60,230 nucleotides of DNA from a virus. Lineage: Duplodnaviria; Caudoviricetes. Below the pieces are notes generated by a model. It made no database searches. It was not told where the DNA came from and was given only the letters and a program-made list of their open reading frames with translations. Of this stretch, positions 10,901-23,100 are shown piece by piece. Numbering within the stretch: the first letter of the stretch is position 1; each line of letters opens with the position of its first letter. The stretch lies in the IMG/VR virus record IMGVR_UViG_3300021964_000063, positions 1 to 60,230 of that record, one strand, 5' to 3'. The position numbers and the translations under genes are program-made.

Positions 10901-13900
10901 GCAGACTGTCGGTATCTACATTAATAATAGTAGATGCTCCAGTGTACGCAGTTGGCAAACTATTTGCTCTGGTATAAGGATTGCTATCATAAATGTCAGA
11001 AGGTTCAGTGATACTTCCATACTTATGATTTGCAGCTGCTGCTCTAAAAACAATCTCAGGTAAAGAAGAACTACCTATTTGTTGAGAAGTAACGCTACCT
11101 GGCATTGCGCCCTCAATAGTTTCTCCTACAGCGAACGTGCCTGAAGTCATCGTGACTTCCATGAGTTTAGGAACTGTAAATCTACTGATTGCTACACCAT
11201 CAAAATAAGAATATACTTGCGTAAACGGTTTCATTGCCTTAGCAGTGAACTTGATATTACGAGACCTCATTGTGTGAGTGATCTCTCTGTTTACAACTCT
11301 ATCACCAAGACTTTCAGTATTGATTACCTCTTGAATAGACTGTTGTGAACCAGTTCTTGTTTGCTCAAGTGAAACCGATCCATTAATAACTGTGCTTTGA
11401 ACTGTAGTTCTTCCAGTATCAATTCTTGCAGCACCAATTCCTTGTCCTGCAAGAATTGCACCAGCACTAGTTCCATTTCTTTGGGCAGATTGGGCGAGTG
11501 ATTCATTTCTGTTTGTTGCACTTAGATCAAGTTGAGCACCAACAGTTTCCCAAGAGTCCCAAACAATAGGAGCAACGCCAACTCTTGACCCATCTTCAGC
11601 AGTTTCAACTTCTGCTCCAATCACATCAGCAAGTCCTTGGAAAGAACCTTCCATAAGAACATCACGTACCTGCATTGTATTGGTATCAATCCAAACATCA
11701 ACAGATGGTTCTAAATCAATACTACCTTGATAGAAGTTAATCAAGAATGGAGTAACATTTTCAAGTCTTGTAGCAAATGGTTGTTCTAACCAGATATTAT
11801 TAGCATAATCAAGGGTAACAATATTACCTGTTCTGCGTACTCCGGCACCTAATAAAGTATTACCAATTCCAACCTGAAGATTTACAGCATTAGAGTAGTG
11901 AGGTGGTCTGAGAATCTTTCTCTTTGTATCAATAGAGTTTTTAATTCCAATTGTAAGATCTTGTGGAAGTGTGGAACTAAAGTTATCTACAAAAATTCCA
12001 GACTTAAATCTATTAAGTCCATTAATATCTGGAACAAATGTGTTCAGAGTTGATTGCTCAAGCAAATTCAATGAACTATAATATTCAAGATTTTTAACTC
12101 TTTGTTCAATTTTTGAAATATCGACCATTTGATATCTCTTATGGTCAATAAATGTTACTTTTGCATCATCTGTATTATAAAGATATGGAGGTAAGAATAC
12201 ATTACCAACATTCATTCCATCTGTTACCGATAGAGGAAGTTGAGGAATATCATCTGGAGCACCATTCTTGACTGAGAATGATCCATTTTTATCAATATAA
12301 ATTCTATCTGCTCTAGCAAGATAATAGTTATAACCTAAAGTAATAGATTCATCCGATGCTATAACATTTTTTGAACTATGTTGTCCACCATTGAAGTTTC
12401 TACCAAAGAATTCAAGTGGAGATCTTGATCCAGGTGTTACAGTGTAATCTGTAACTCTAGGTCTTCCATCAATAATATCTGTAACTCTACTATTTCCGAT
12501 GGATGGTATTTCAGTTGAATAATCAAAAGAACTGTAAGAATCAACAGTAGTAATATCTCCGTTGTCAGAACTAGAATAATAAGCATTTGAGAAATAAACT
12601 CTCAACTTAGAAGCAGCTTCGGGAACATTTTCTTTTCTTACAATTCTTGAGAAATCATAGAATGAAGATCTTTGACCTCTTGCAAGATAATAATCTCTAG
12701 TTACGTTTTGCGACCCAAGTTCAATATTTGAGGCATTTCCCGAAACAGTTGATTGTGAGAATGATAATGGTTCTCCAACTTCAAATACTATATCATTTAA
12801 GTAAACAAAACTAATAGTGGTGTCGTTCTTTCTTTGAATATACCTTGCTTTAGCACCTGAGGTTCCCCCAGAGAATGTTTCTCCAAGAATCAAATCATTT
12901 GTAGTTGCTGAAGGACCATTCATATTAGCAACAGCAAGATTAGGTGATTCTGGATCTTCTGTTGTTCCTGATTGGAATATGCCGTATACATCAATCACAT
13001 CAGGCACATTTAATGAAATAATATTATCTTGAACTCTTGTTCCAAAAGGATAATTTCCATATATCAATCCGTCCTGCAAAGTAGCAGTTCCAACTCCAGA
13101 AGCACTATTTTTTGATTTATTGATAATAATATTATTAGTTGAATTCTTTAACTTCTTCTTAGATGTTATATTAGATTTACGAGTAGATGTAATAAGAGTT
13201 GCGTCAGGATCCGCACTACTTAAACCCTGCAGTTGAAGTTGAGTATTGCCCTGAGAGAATATAAACTTATCAGCAGTAAGAATTTCAGTTCCACCATCTG
13301 ATCTTAACAGTGAATATCTTTCCTCATCAAATGCTAAGAATACTTCTTTAGCGGGATCATTTACGGAAAATACTTGAGAAAGTCCATTAGCATCAATATT
13401 GATTGATATATTGTTTCTAATTACAATATTACTCCCACTTAGATCTACTGATTCAATATTTTCTTTAGGCAATACACTGTATATTGAATCATTACTTGAG
13501 AGATTTCCAGTTCCTTGCGAACTTTGCAATCTAGAAGCAATTATTGAAATGTTAGTAAGGTTTGTAGCAGATGTTGGAGGAGATCCTTCACAAATACCAG
13601 TTACAGTAGTTACTCCAGTAACAGTAGCAGTTTTTCCATTAATGCCAGTTACTCTTACGATAGTGGGATCAGCATTATCGGCAATCGTATATTTAATTAA
13701 ATTACCTGTAGTGACAACTCCAATAAATCCACCAGCAGCAAGTTCGGGAGCAGATATTGTAGAAATACCGGCATTATCTCTTGCAGAGATAGATCCAATA
13801 CCTATTGAAATTACATCTCTTTGAATTGTATCGGCATTGAATGTATTTGCTGTCCCAACAATACTATAAACCGATTTTACATCAGCAATTGAGTGATTTT

Positions 13901-15515
13901 TAACTCCTGTAACAAATCTAGAAGTATCTAAAACTCCATTAAAACTTAATCTTTCTCCAAAAACAAAATCACCTTGTTGACTGTATGCAGTCAATGCTGT
14001 TCCTGCGCTTACATCATATCTTAAGAATGCAGAAGCACCACTTTGCTCTCCTTGAAGATGAACAGGAGATGATAGTGTAGTACTTACATTAACATTTAAT
14101 GTAGTATAAGTTTGTACATCAAACAGTGATAAATCCCAAATATTTACTTGAGGTGTAGTAGTATTGTAACTTCCTGACTCTAAAGCAAAATCATAAATTC
14201 TAGCAAGTCCTATTTCTGCACCAGCAGCTGTAGTAGAAGATGAACCCACTCTTTGATCTCTAAGGCTCACAGTGGTTGAAGTGTCAAATCCAACAATTGG
14301 AGATCCAGAAACATTATTTACTTCTATGGTAGGACCAAAGGTAAAATTAACTGCCTGATTTTCTAAAAGTCTTGTATCTCGGGGTTTTCTAACATCAATA
14401 AGTGATGGAGACCTTACATCAACTTCATAACCTTTAACATATGCTTTTCCTGGAGATACTTTATATACCAACAAGTCATCAGATGGCACATTACCACCAA
14501 CAGTAATTTGTCCTGGTTCGTAAACACCCCTATTTCCTTCTTGATTATTTAAACTTTCTTTTACAGAAGTTACAAATTCATTAATATAATAATTTCCAGA
14601 TTCTTCAAAAGTTCTTTTTGCTAATTCATCTCCTAAAAGATTATATTTGGTGTCATCAATTTTTGTTCTTAATAATCCTCTTTGAACTTCTGCAAGTTGA
14701 ACAAAATTCTCGTCATTAAAGTCATTCGAGTCCTTCTTCACTAAAGTGCAGGAAATCTTTAATCTGTCTGCACCAGGTGCTGTGTAGTTATTAAATCCTT
14801 GGGCATTATCTGTAAGTTGAGGGTCAATATCTGATGAAATAAGTTCCTCGTTAATTAAAAGACCAATCCTGTAACTAGGTTGAGTTCCATATTGATCAAG
14901 AATCAATAACTGACTCTGAACAGTTACAAAATTGCCCCTAATAAAAAATATACCTTCACTGACAACAAATGCAGATCCTGTTTGTGAAGCATCTTCAACA
15001 ATAGTATTAGCAAAACCTTCTCCAGCACTTATGAAGGTAGTTTCATACGAAATACCTTCATTTACTATAAGAACTTCATTATCAAAAAATGTTTCAGTGC
15101 TATTATCTGTGCTTGATTCTAAGTAATTTACATAAAGAGTAAAGTTTCCATTTTGAGATTCGGAATCAGTAACATAAGTTACAACTTGAGCAGTAATACC
15201 TGAAGATTGCCCAGTAATCTTCTTTCCTAATAACTGATCAAGATAGATTTGTACAGGAACACCAAGAAATTCTTGTTGAATCTGTACTCCATAGAATAAA
15301 TCATTATAATTTAAGTTACCAGGAATTACAACACTTCCTTCCTTATATAAATTATTACCAACGCTTTCAATCTGATTCTGAAGAATAGATTGAAGATTAT
15401 TTAACTCTCTCGCCTGAACTGGGTATGCAGGCTTGAAAAGTACTTTATAATAGTTGCTACGAGGGTCAAAGTCGTCAAAGTAGGGAGCAACGTTGAGGTT
15501 AGTTTCCTGGGGCAT
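7944..15515 (-). CDS. Giant virion structural protein, VrlC/DUF4815-like (2523 aa)
   Basis: MPQETNLNVAPYFDDF, YKVLFKP..PVQARELN.LQSILQ, APGADRLKI, DPLAQTF, GSLFKSQN motifs. Confidence 0.85.
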   Translation of the reverse strand: MPQETNLNVAPYFDDFDPRSNYYKVLFKPAYPVQARELNNLQSILQNQIESVGNNLYKEGSVVIPGNLNYNDLFYGVQIQQEFLGVPVQIYLDQLLGKKITGQSSGITAQVVTYVTDSESQNGNFTLYVNYLESSTDNSTETFFDNEVLIVNEGISYETTFISAGEGFANTIVEDASQTGSAFVVSEGIFFIRGNFVTVQSQLLILDQYGTQPSYRIGLLINEELISSDIDPQLTDNAQGFNNYTAPGADRLKISCTLVKKDSNDFNDENFVQLAEVQRGLLRTKIDDTKYNLLGDELAKRTFEESGNYYINEFVTSVKESLNNQEGNRGVYEPGQITVGGNVPSDDLLVYKVSPGKAYVKGYEVDVRSPSLIDVRKPRDTRLLENQAVNFTFGPTIEVNNVSGSPIVGFDTSTTVSLRDQRVGSSSTTAAGAEIGLARIYDFALESGSYNTTTPQVNIWDLSLFDVQTYTTLNVNVSTTLSSPVHLQGEQSGASAFLRYDVSAGTALTAYSQQGDFVFGERLSFNGVLDTSRFVTGVKNHSIADVKSVYSIVGTANTFNADTIQRDVISIGIGSISARDNAGISTISAPELAAGGFIGVVTTGNLIKYTIADNADPTIVRVTGINGKTATVTGVTTVTGICEGSPPTSATNLTNISIIASRLQSSQGTGNLSSNDSIYSVLPKENIESVDLSGSNIVIRNNISINIDANGLSQVFSVNDPAKEVFLAFDEERYSLLRSDGGTEILTADKFIFSQGNTQLQLQGLSSADPDATLITSTRKSNITSKKKLKNSTNNIIINKSKNSASGVGTATLQDGLIYGNYPFGTRVQDNIISLNVPDVIDVYGIFQSGTTEDPESPNLAVANMNGPSATTNDLILGETFSGGTSGAKARYIQRKNDTTISFVYLNDIVFEVGEPLSFSQSTVSGNASNIELGSQNVTRDYYLARGQRSSFYDFSRIVRKENVPEAASKLRVYFSNAYYSSSDNGDITTVDSYSSFDYSTEIPSIGNSRVTDIIDGRPRVTDYTVTPGSRSPLEFFGRNFNGGQHSSKNVIASDESITLGYNYYLARADRIYIDKNGSFSVKNGAPDDIPQLPLSVTDGMNVGNVFLPPYLYNTDDAKVTFIDHKRYQMVDISKIEQRVKNLEYYSSLNLLEQSTLNTFVPDINGLNRFKSGIFVDNFSSTLPQDLTIGIKNSIDTKRKILRPPHYSNAVNLQVGIGNTLLGAGVRRTGNIVTLDYANNIWLEQPFATRLENVTPFLINFYQGSIDLEPSVDVWIDTNTMQVRDVLMEGSFQGLADVIGAEVETAEDGSRVGVAPIVWDSWETVGAQLDLSATNRNESLAQSAQRNGTSAGAILAGQGIGAARIDTGRTTVQSTVINGSVSLEQTRTGSQQSIQEVINTESLGDRVVNREITHTMRSRNIKFTAKAMKPFTQVYSYFDGVAISRFTVPKLMEVTMTSGTFAVGETIEGAMPGSVTSQQIGSSSLPEIVFRAAAANHKYGSITEPSDIYDSNPYTRANSLPTAYTGASTIINVDTDSLQSEEFSQFFGYIQSGMVLRGRTSGAEATVTSVRLITDRVGTLIGSFRVPDPSSVSNPTFDTGRSEFRLTSSSINSRVKGSLSTSAKEIFYSQGDLDNTQELTLSLRNARVSTNEDIEPESRQLVGESTEVNIIQDINVVRIPPPPPPPAPPAPPRPRRGDPLAQTFFVDDLTGIYLSKIDLFFQSKATDFPVTIQIRETRLGTPTNIILPFSEVTLDPKFVEISEDGSVPTTFTFNSPVYLNGNTEYAIIVKADVTDYNVWISRFGEADITTAAQEAGQIIVTQQPLLGSLFKSQNASVWTPSQYEDLKFVLYRCQFVSQGVVQFFNPELPQQLEKITRNGISITPRTISVGIGTTINNTGVDAGRELSIGDIITQTSSNFRGVLVGLAGSSTGNLGLSNPGIGYTPAASQFTYTGIALTAFTGQGVNATANITINNGVAIAATINAGGSGYNVGDVLAPLTTGGNALLPGRDMKLSVNALLGFNELELSKVQGEVKFTANNYLQYTTSVGITSDVNVGVGGSLVPDAPVTVRNDGLHLKVFQRNHGMYSNTNRVLLKEVGSDITPTALSAQYTKADTGAISVGSTANLADFEGLPVSVNNPGYVKIGSEIISYTGTAGNSLVGISSRAVDNTVAATHNVNELVYRYEFGGVSLLRINKEHQFADVTVTDAIGLDHYNIKVNMSTDGTDRSSTSPTLGSRYFVTSKTGGGTKVKGTYNLPYSIVIPKLRTVTPNGTSISSQMRTVTETSVSGTEISFLDKGYQEISLNEKNYFDNQRMVVSSTNERSYLNGLPYNKSMTLNSNMLTVDNRLSPAIDLDHAAVVFVSNRANQPITNYATDSKAKGILSDPTSLMYVTRNIVLENPASSLRIFIDGYVSTFNDIRMFYALDQDLPSTECVFTPFPGINNQSEFGTVLQPFNADGRPDVYVPPSDVYTQYPSLNYFKEYKFTIDNLTPFNMFRIKLIGTSTNQAIVPQFRNLRCVAVV

Positions 15516-15521
15516 AATTCT

Positions 15522-17096
15522 TTAGAACTGCAAGATAATCTTTACGTCTTCTTTCTGTGAGGATGACCTGGTTACAGAGGGTCTATTATCAACGTGAATA
15601 ATATTTCCTGAGTATTTTTTAGACTCTGGTTGAGCAACGCCCTTCACAAAACTTTGACCTAGAAAGTAGGTACGACTATTTATTACAGTACTTATACCGG
15701 GACTTCCAATAGATCCAAAGGAGGTATCGATACCCAAAGTAACAGATCCTCCAATAATATTGATATTTCCCCCTGCTGCGGGGTCATTTGTGAATCTCAA
15801 AGACTCAAACCCGTAAATAGGACCTGAATTTTGAGTTCCATCAGAGTTAAATCCAGAGTTTGTTCTATCCTGCCAGTACTTAAGAACTCCTGTAGATTGA
15901 TCATAGGATATAACTCTACCAACTGATGTAGAACCTACTCCTACTTTTTGTGTAATAATGCTATCTGGGGTAAAAATAGCACTTTGATACGCATCACCGG
16001 CACTAGTAAGTTTAAGAGCATATACTGCACTTGCCTTATCTGTAGTCAATATGGTGCTTGAGTCGTTATTAAGAGGATTAGCGATTAATCCGACTCTTGC
16101 AAACTCATTACCGGTAATAAAGTCAGGATTTTCGGTATCATTTTCAAATCTAGCATAAGTTAGAACATTAAATGCCCCTAACTCTCTGTAAATATCAGCA
16201 CCATGCCCTCCATTTGGTGGAATAATAACATCAAAGACTGGAGATGTTGAACCCGTAGGCACTCCACCAGTTTTAAGGTCTAAAGTTCCAAAAGTGTAGT
16301 TTGATCCACCGTTTGAAACATTAACTGATTCAATTTTTGAATCATTATTGATAATGACAGTTGCCTCAGCGCCTCTACCATCACCATTGATGGGTACTCT
16401 AGTATATGTTCTAGCAGTTCCAAGACCAACACCACGGTTTCTAACCGTGACAATTTTTAGTTGTCCACTTGTGGACGCATTCTGCCGTATAGGAGCAACA
16501 TCAGTATCAGTATCCCAATTATTTGGAACAGGGATGTAATTTGTTGATTCAAACTTGATTGCTTGACTTGGTTTAATAGTGTAAAGATATTTCCAAATAT
16601 ATCCATCGCCGCTACTACCAGCAGATCTTGGTTCTAAGTCAGTGAAGGTGGGTTCATCTAATGATGGACCTCCTTGAAAAGCATTTTCTGGGGTTGCGTT
16701 ATTATAAAGACAAATATAAACTCTAAAATCTGAGTTCATTACATAATAATTTGCATCATAGATGTCAAAAGAACCAGATGGTTGTGATGGATTACTCCTA
16801 GTTATATCATTTCTCCACATATCATACGTGGTTCCTGTTGCCCACGTAGTCTTTTTAATGACTTGACTAACATCACTTGATGTGATTTTTTTCATAGCGA
16901 TCATTGTGTCCCAATAATCGTTAGATTCATTCAAACTATCTTTAGGAGACGGGGGATTTGTATTCCACGTAGATTGATAGTCACCAGCATTAGGTAAACC
17001 AATAAAGGTATAATAAGAATTTGAAGTGGATTGTATACCAGCAACAAAGTTCTTAGCATTCAAAATACGAAGTTGGTCAGTAATTATAGCTGCCAT
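15522..17096 (-). CDS. gp8: Baseplate wedge subunit
   Basis: MAAIITDQLR, YYVMNSDFRVYICL.N, DGYIWKYLYTI, QKEDVKIILQF. Confidence 0.92.
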   Translation of the reverse strand: MAAIITDQLRILNAKNFVAGIQSTSNSYYTFIGLPNAGDYQSTWNTNPPSPKDSLNESNDYWDTMIAMKKITSSDVSQVIKKTTWATGTTYDMWRNDITRSNPSQPSGSFDIYDANYYVMNSDFRVYICLYNNATPENAFQGGPSLDEPTFTDLEPRSAGSSGDGYIWKYLYTIKPSQAIKFESTNYIPVPNNWDTDTDVAPIRQNASTSGQLKIVTVRNRGVGLGTARTYTRVPINGDGRGAEATVIINNDSKIESVNVSNGGSNYTFGTLDLKTGGVPTGSTSPVFDVIIPPNGGHGADIYRELGAFNVLTYARFENDTENPDFITGNEFARVGLIANPLNNDSSTILTTDKASAVYALKLTSAGDAYQSAIFTPDSIITQKVGVGSTSVGRVISYDQSTGVLKYWQDRTNSGFNSDGTQNSGPIYGFESLRFTNDPAAGGNINIIGGSVTLGIDTSFGSIGSPGISTVINSRTYFLGQSFVKGVAQPESKKYSGNIIHVDNRPSVTRSSSQKEDVKIILQF

Positions 17097-17114
17097 TTTT
17101 AGAGAACTTTTTGT

Positions 17115-17121
17115 TATTTAT
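17115..17121 (-). promoter_or_regulatory. Late promoter (ATAAATA)
   Basis: Upstream of gp8 ATG. Confidence 0.55.
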
Positions 17122-17140
17122 CTTATATTTCAAGTATTTA

Positions 17141-20100
17141 TTACACATAATTATTGAATCTAAGAGCATCTCTTCTAGTGATTAGTGCAGAAGTAGAAAT
17201 GCCACCATATCCATTTTCAGTATAGGAACTAAATGTGGTAGAAATACTACTTCTGCTCACATTAATTTTACCCCAACTAAATGATCCAAAACTAGTTGTT
17301 CCATATGAAACAGTGCTTATAGATCCTACATTAGTTATTAATCTTCTGATAGCAGTTGTTCCAACTCCAATCACATTTGATTGTACAGTTGATGCAGAAT
17401 AAACCTGGAATACACCATCCATAAATGATGTGGTAATTCCCAAAGTAGTTCCATCATTATACAAACTTGTGAGAGCAGACCCTACTGTAGGAGAAATATT
17501 AGAGTTGAATACTGTGAAGTATTCTCCTGTTGAAATTCCACTTACAGTTACCGCAGTGCCTACAATATTTGGATTTCTCATATCAGAATCAACTGGAATA
17601 TAGAAATCAAATCTAAGTTGATTAAATGATCCATTAGTTGTTGTGCCAAATCCAACTATATTGCCATAATCTCCATTATAACTGGAGACTGGCATAACTT
17701 CTTTCACCAAAATAGGTTCTTCAATAATTACAGTAGGTGGATGAGTGTAAGTGTATCCAGAACCAACAGTATTCACAGATACAGTCGATAGTTTACCTGA
17801 TGTTATAGATCCAACTCCAGATGCCCTATGAGTGTTGCCAAGACCAATCGGAGGGGCAACACTAATCGCAATCGTAGATAATCCAACATAACCTTGTCCA
17901 GAGTTAGTAACAACAAAAGATGATATTGTTCCAGCAATGCTTACCACTGCAGTCACAGACGCTCCAACCAAAACATCTTGAGTATTAACTACAATTGAGT
18001 TTTGGAAACCTCTTATATTGGACTCATTTCTAGAATCAAATAATGGTCTAACAGTATCAACATATACAATTGTGGTGCTGATGCTCAATGATTGTGTCAG
18101 ATATGCTGCTGGGAAAATAGATGGTTCATATGCTAGTCTATCTTTACCAATTTCATCACCATCAATAATTTTATCAACTTTTTGCTTACACCAATTCAAT
18201 GGTCTATGTAAAGTTTGATCAGTTGTAACTCCTGGTCCAATGTATGAATTAGTTGCTACGCTATCAACAGTATTGATGCCAGTAACAGTTCTGAAATCTT
18301 GATTTAACGTGATAGGTTGATTTAAATCGGGATTGTTGGATAATTTAAGTAAATCACCAACTTTAACTGTTTCTAGAATATCAGTGAATATAACATCAGA
18401 ATCTCCAGCACCTTTATAAAACAAAATCTTGGAAGTATCTCCAGTATTCCCATAACCTACTAGAGATCCTTTGGGTGCCTCACTGAAAGTGATTATGCTA
18501 CCACCGTCAAACTGATATGCTTCACCAGGTTTTTGTAGAACATCATTAATAAAAACTAATAGTGTTTGATCAAGTTCAATATTTGAACCTTTTTGTGATT
18601 GAATTGATATGGTCTCTTCATTTACACTCAATCTAAATGCTTTTGTAGTTCCATCAAACTGATCATCTAATCGATCAAATACTTGGAATTGTCCGATGGA
18701 CCATCCAGCAAATGAATCAGTATGAACACGATCAACAGTAATCTGGAACTCATCAAAGGTTTTAGTGGTATCAGTTGGAATTCCAGTTGCGCCACCAAGA
18801 GCAACAGTTAAAATTTCTCCTTCTCTGTAACCATAACCAGTATCTCTGATCTCAAAATCAATAACACTAGAACCCTGACCTACGACAATATCTGCTGTAG
18901 CACTTCTACCTACACCAGAGGGACTTGAAGAACTGAATATGAGAGGAATATTTGCATAACTAAGTGGTTCATCAAATACCACTACTGGAGCATTTGTAAA
19001 TGTATATCCTGTTCCGGGGTTTGTAATCGCAACACTTACAATATTACCTCCAGATATACTAGCAGTTCCAATAAACTCTACATTTGCTATAACTCCACTG
19101 TAAGTTTGAACACCAACATTGACAACAGTTTGAATGCCAGATCTATATCCAGAACCACTATTTCCAATACTAATAGAAGTAATAGTGCCTGCTGCAGATA
19201 CTAAAGCAGTCCCTCCTGCTGATATTAATGGCTGATATCCAAATCCACCTGTTGAACCTAGTGAAATAAACTGTCCACCAGCTGGTAGAGATGATTTATT
19301 GTAATCATATCCTGAAGAACTAGGACTGCCTGTAAATGTAATAGAACTTATACCTGTAGGAAGATCTTCAATAACATTATAATCACCTTTATATGCCTGA
19401 ACACCTTGTGGTGTTTGATGGATACCATTCACAAGAACAATTGTACTTGTTGTTATTCCGGTAATATTTGAAGCATTAGAAGTTAATGTATATGTTTGAC
19501 CAATGCCTGTAAATCTATCAGAGATAGAATCAAAAACATAATTTTGATGATAAGTCTCATTTGTAGTTCCTGCACCAGCACCTTTCATAAATGTTCTGCC
19601 TTGGAAATTAGAACTCGTAGTAATTCCAGTCCAATCTCTGCTACTAGGATCACCGGTTGTAGTGCTTAGTGGAGAATTGCCCGTAGGCGCAACACCAAAG
19701 AAAAGTTGATTATTGATGATATTGTAATTGCCTTCATATTTTGTAATTGTTGTTCCAGTCGTGTGTATAGCAACAGTTGATCCAAAATCACCTCTAGATA
19801 CTGAAACTTTTATTGTATTTCCAACTCCAATGGTTTTAAGAATCATGTATTCATCATCAATTTTAATCACATCTCCTGATGTGAATGAGGTTAGTCCAGT
19901 GGTGTTGAACACAAGATCAAAGATAATATTTTGATCCAATGTAGTAGTGATGTCTGTAACGGCAAGTGGAGACTGAATCATGTTATCAATTGTGAGCAAT
20001 GCCTTAGCATTCTGATTTGTAGAGTTAAACGCATGAGATGCGCCAGCTCCTACAGCACTTATTCCAATGGGAACAGGTGGTACACTTAAAGCGTTTTCTG

Positions 20101-23100
20101 CAGATGTTGCCAATTGAATCGCTGCCTCATCAACTTTAATAACAAAAAGTTCAGTGTTAGGTAGTTTAGTTGTAGCGCCAATGCTTGGGAATGTTGTATT
20201 GTCAATGACGATTGCCATTGTTGTTCCTGTACCAGGATGAGAATACTCAATAGATTCTCCACCCACAAAATAATGATTTGGAATAATTACCTTATTATTT
20301 GATACATCAACAGTTGTTGCTGATGAACCATCAAAAACTCTTCTAAAAATGTCAAGTCCATCATGTTTTAGATCAAATTTAGTCTTAAGATCTAGTTTAG
20401 TACCTTCATAATCTTTATGATCAGTTTTAATAACAGTGCTAAACATATCAATTTCATCAATCCTAGTATTATCATCATATATTCTCATTTCTGTGAAATA
20501 AGTCCTAACATCAACATCAATATTAGGTTCGGGAGTGTAGACAATTTGAAGTCCACTAGTTGATGCGGCAACACCTACTGTTCCAATCGTGCCTCCAGTA
20601 TTAATATTGCCCCATTCAACATAAACATCATTTGTGTTGGAGTTCAGTGCCGCAAACTCAAGGATTTCATACTTACTGTTTGTATTGTCTTCAATACTCA
20701 TAAAGTAATAAGCTGACTCTGAAGGATCTTCATAAGATGCCACTACATTAGCAGTAGGAGATCCAGAAGAAGCAATAGTAGAATAACTAGAACCAACTCT
20801 AGTCACATCTAGCAATGTATCAGATACCGTAGTTCCTGCGTCAGAGATAGCAATTATACTCGCGGTACAAGTCATAGCGAGTGCAACATTTGGAAAGAAC
20901 TTAACAATGATATTTCCACCAGAAAGTCTGGCATCAAAAGTTCCAAAACCAACCCCAGTTAATCCTTCATTCTCATCAATTGAACCAAGTTCGAGTTGAT
21001 ATACATCAGTTCCATCGTGTACTAAATTTAACTCAGAAGCAAACATTTTGTTGTCAGATGCTTCAAAGTTAGCCATAATCTTTGCTGATCTATATGTTGC
21101 TCCAATAGAAATTATATCAGTATTGGTTGATGTTGGAACATTGGTGATTTCAGATTTTATAAAAGCAACATCACCAAATCCTTTAGAACTCTCTGTAGAT
21201 ACTCCGGTCAAAATAGCAAAGTTCGTGGTCGAAACATCATAAGTATTAAATTCAAACTTTGTAGGATAGAATAACAATTTCCAACCATCAGATCCTGAAG
21301 CGTAATCATAATATCCGAGATTTGGATATGATTCGATAGATGCAAACTGATTAATGAAACCTACACTGTTATCCTGAAGACAAGAAACGATTGCAAACTG
21401 TCTTTCATCTGTAAAAATTCTATCTCTTGCATGTGTAATAATTTTATTATACTTAAAATCATTTCCAAATACCGAAATAACCTCAAAAGGAGTTGTTCTT
21501 TCGTTGCTATTAAATTGAGGACTAAGATCATCTATACTCAGAACTCTATTTCCTACTGACTGGAAATAATCAGAAAGAAATATCGTATCAAATACAATTT
21601 CATTAGATACATCAACATTTTTTAATCTCTTAGTCCTTTCAATTGCACTGTCAAAATCATAGTAACAGTTTAAATCCGCTGAACTAGTAATATCAACTAT
21701 GGTTTCAATATTTGAGTCTGGAGATGAAACTGTTAATTTAAGATCATTATTTATTTCTCCGCTAAAAATCTGCAGATCTGCATATTTCTTAAATCCAGAG
21801 GTATGTACTAAGGAACCTACTGGATCACTCCAAGTGTCAAAATCAATTTCAGAACTAATCGAATATGATAAATTTTGATAATATTCATTATCAGGAAGTC
21901 TTTGGAGATTATCGTTTAGAAATCCGGTATTCTTCTGCCATCCTCTAGTAATTGTTGTGCCAGTTCCTATATTGATTTCTGCATCAAATACTGTTACAGA
22001 TTCAATACTACCTTCAGCACCAGAGGTTGCTCCTCTAATAATATCACCAGGTCGCGCAACTCCATTTATCTTTGCTTTGAGAATTTCAATATTGTCATTA
22101 TAACTATCAACTCTTCCTTTATATGAAGGACCCTCAAATCTTTCCCCTTTGAGGAAATTATTTTTTCTAATTTGAGCATCAAAGATTGGAAAGTTAACCT
22201 TAGGAATGACTCTACCTAAAGAATCCTTACTATAGTTGCCTGGATATCCTGTTCCAACGTATTGATTTAAATTATACTCCACATATGCTCCAGATCCACC
22301 TGCAGCAGTGTTGACACCAGATACTGGGAATAGTGCATAGTTATAATCTTTTGAGTTAAATCCAGAACCAGTAGATCCAACTCCAACACTTATATTCTCA
22401 ACCAATATTGATTTACCAACTTCAAACGGAAAATCTCCTCCAGAGAATTGATGAGGAAGGAAGAGTCTTACAATTTTAGTTGAGTTATCATACGTGATTG
22501 ATGATATACTAAATCCGTTTGAGTTATTAACGGGAAGAATAGTAGGAGGAACATTATATAAAGAAGATGTATTCTTAAGAATTTTTACTTCAGTATCTCC
22601 TAAATTATATTTAAGATCTGTATCAACAATTTTATTACTAGCCCCATCAATAACAATTAGATCAGGTGCTACAAGATAGTTTATTCCTGAAGATGTGATG
22701 CCGATTGATTGGAATGATGAAAGTGGAGAAAGTTTAATAACTTCGGGAACCCCTGCTAAAATTCTTAGAGTTGGATCAGTAGGGAAATCATAACCAATAT
22801 TAGTAGAGTTAAACTCTGATTTCAAGAGTTTTCCAATATTGTTACTATCTGGTTCTAAGTATGCTCCAGTTCCAAATCCACTTCTTATAGAAGATATAGA
22901 TGGGATTGTCTTATATCCAGAACCGGGATCTAAAATTTTAACTTTTGATATTGCACCTTGAGCAGTTTTTGATGTTGTCTCATATGATGCATTACAATTA
23001 GTTGATCCAAATGATATAATATTTGGTGCTGATGCGATATTAAATGTAAAAGTTGTAGATCCAATACTTGCAATATCTCTTGGACCATCTAATTTTGTTC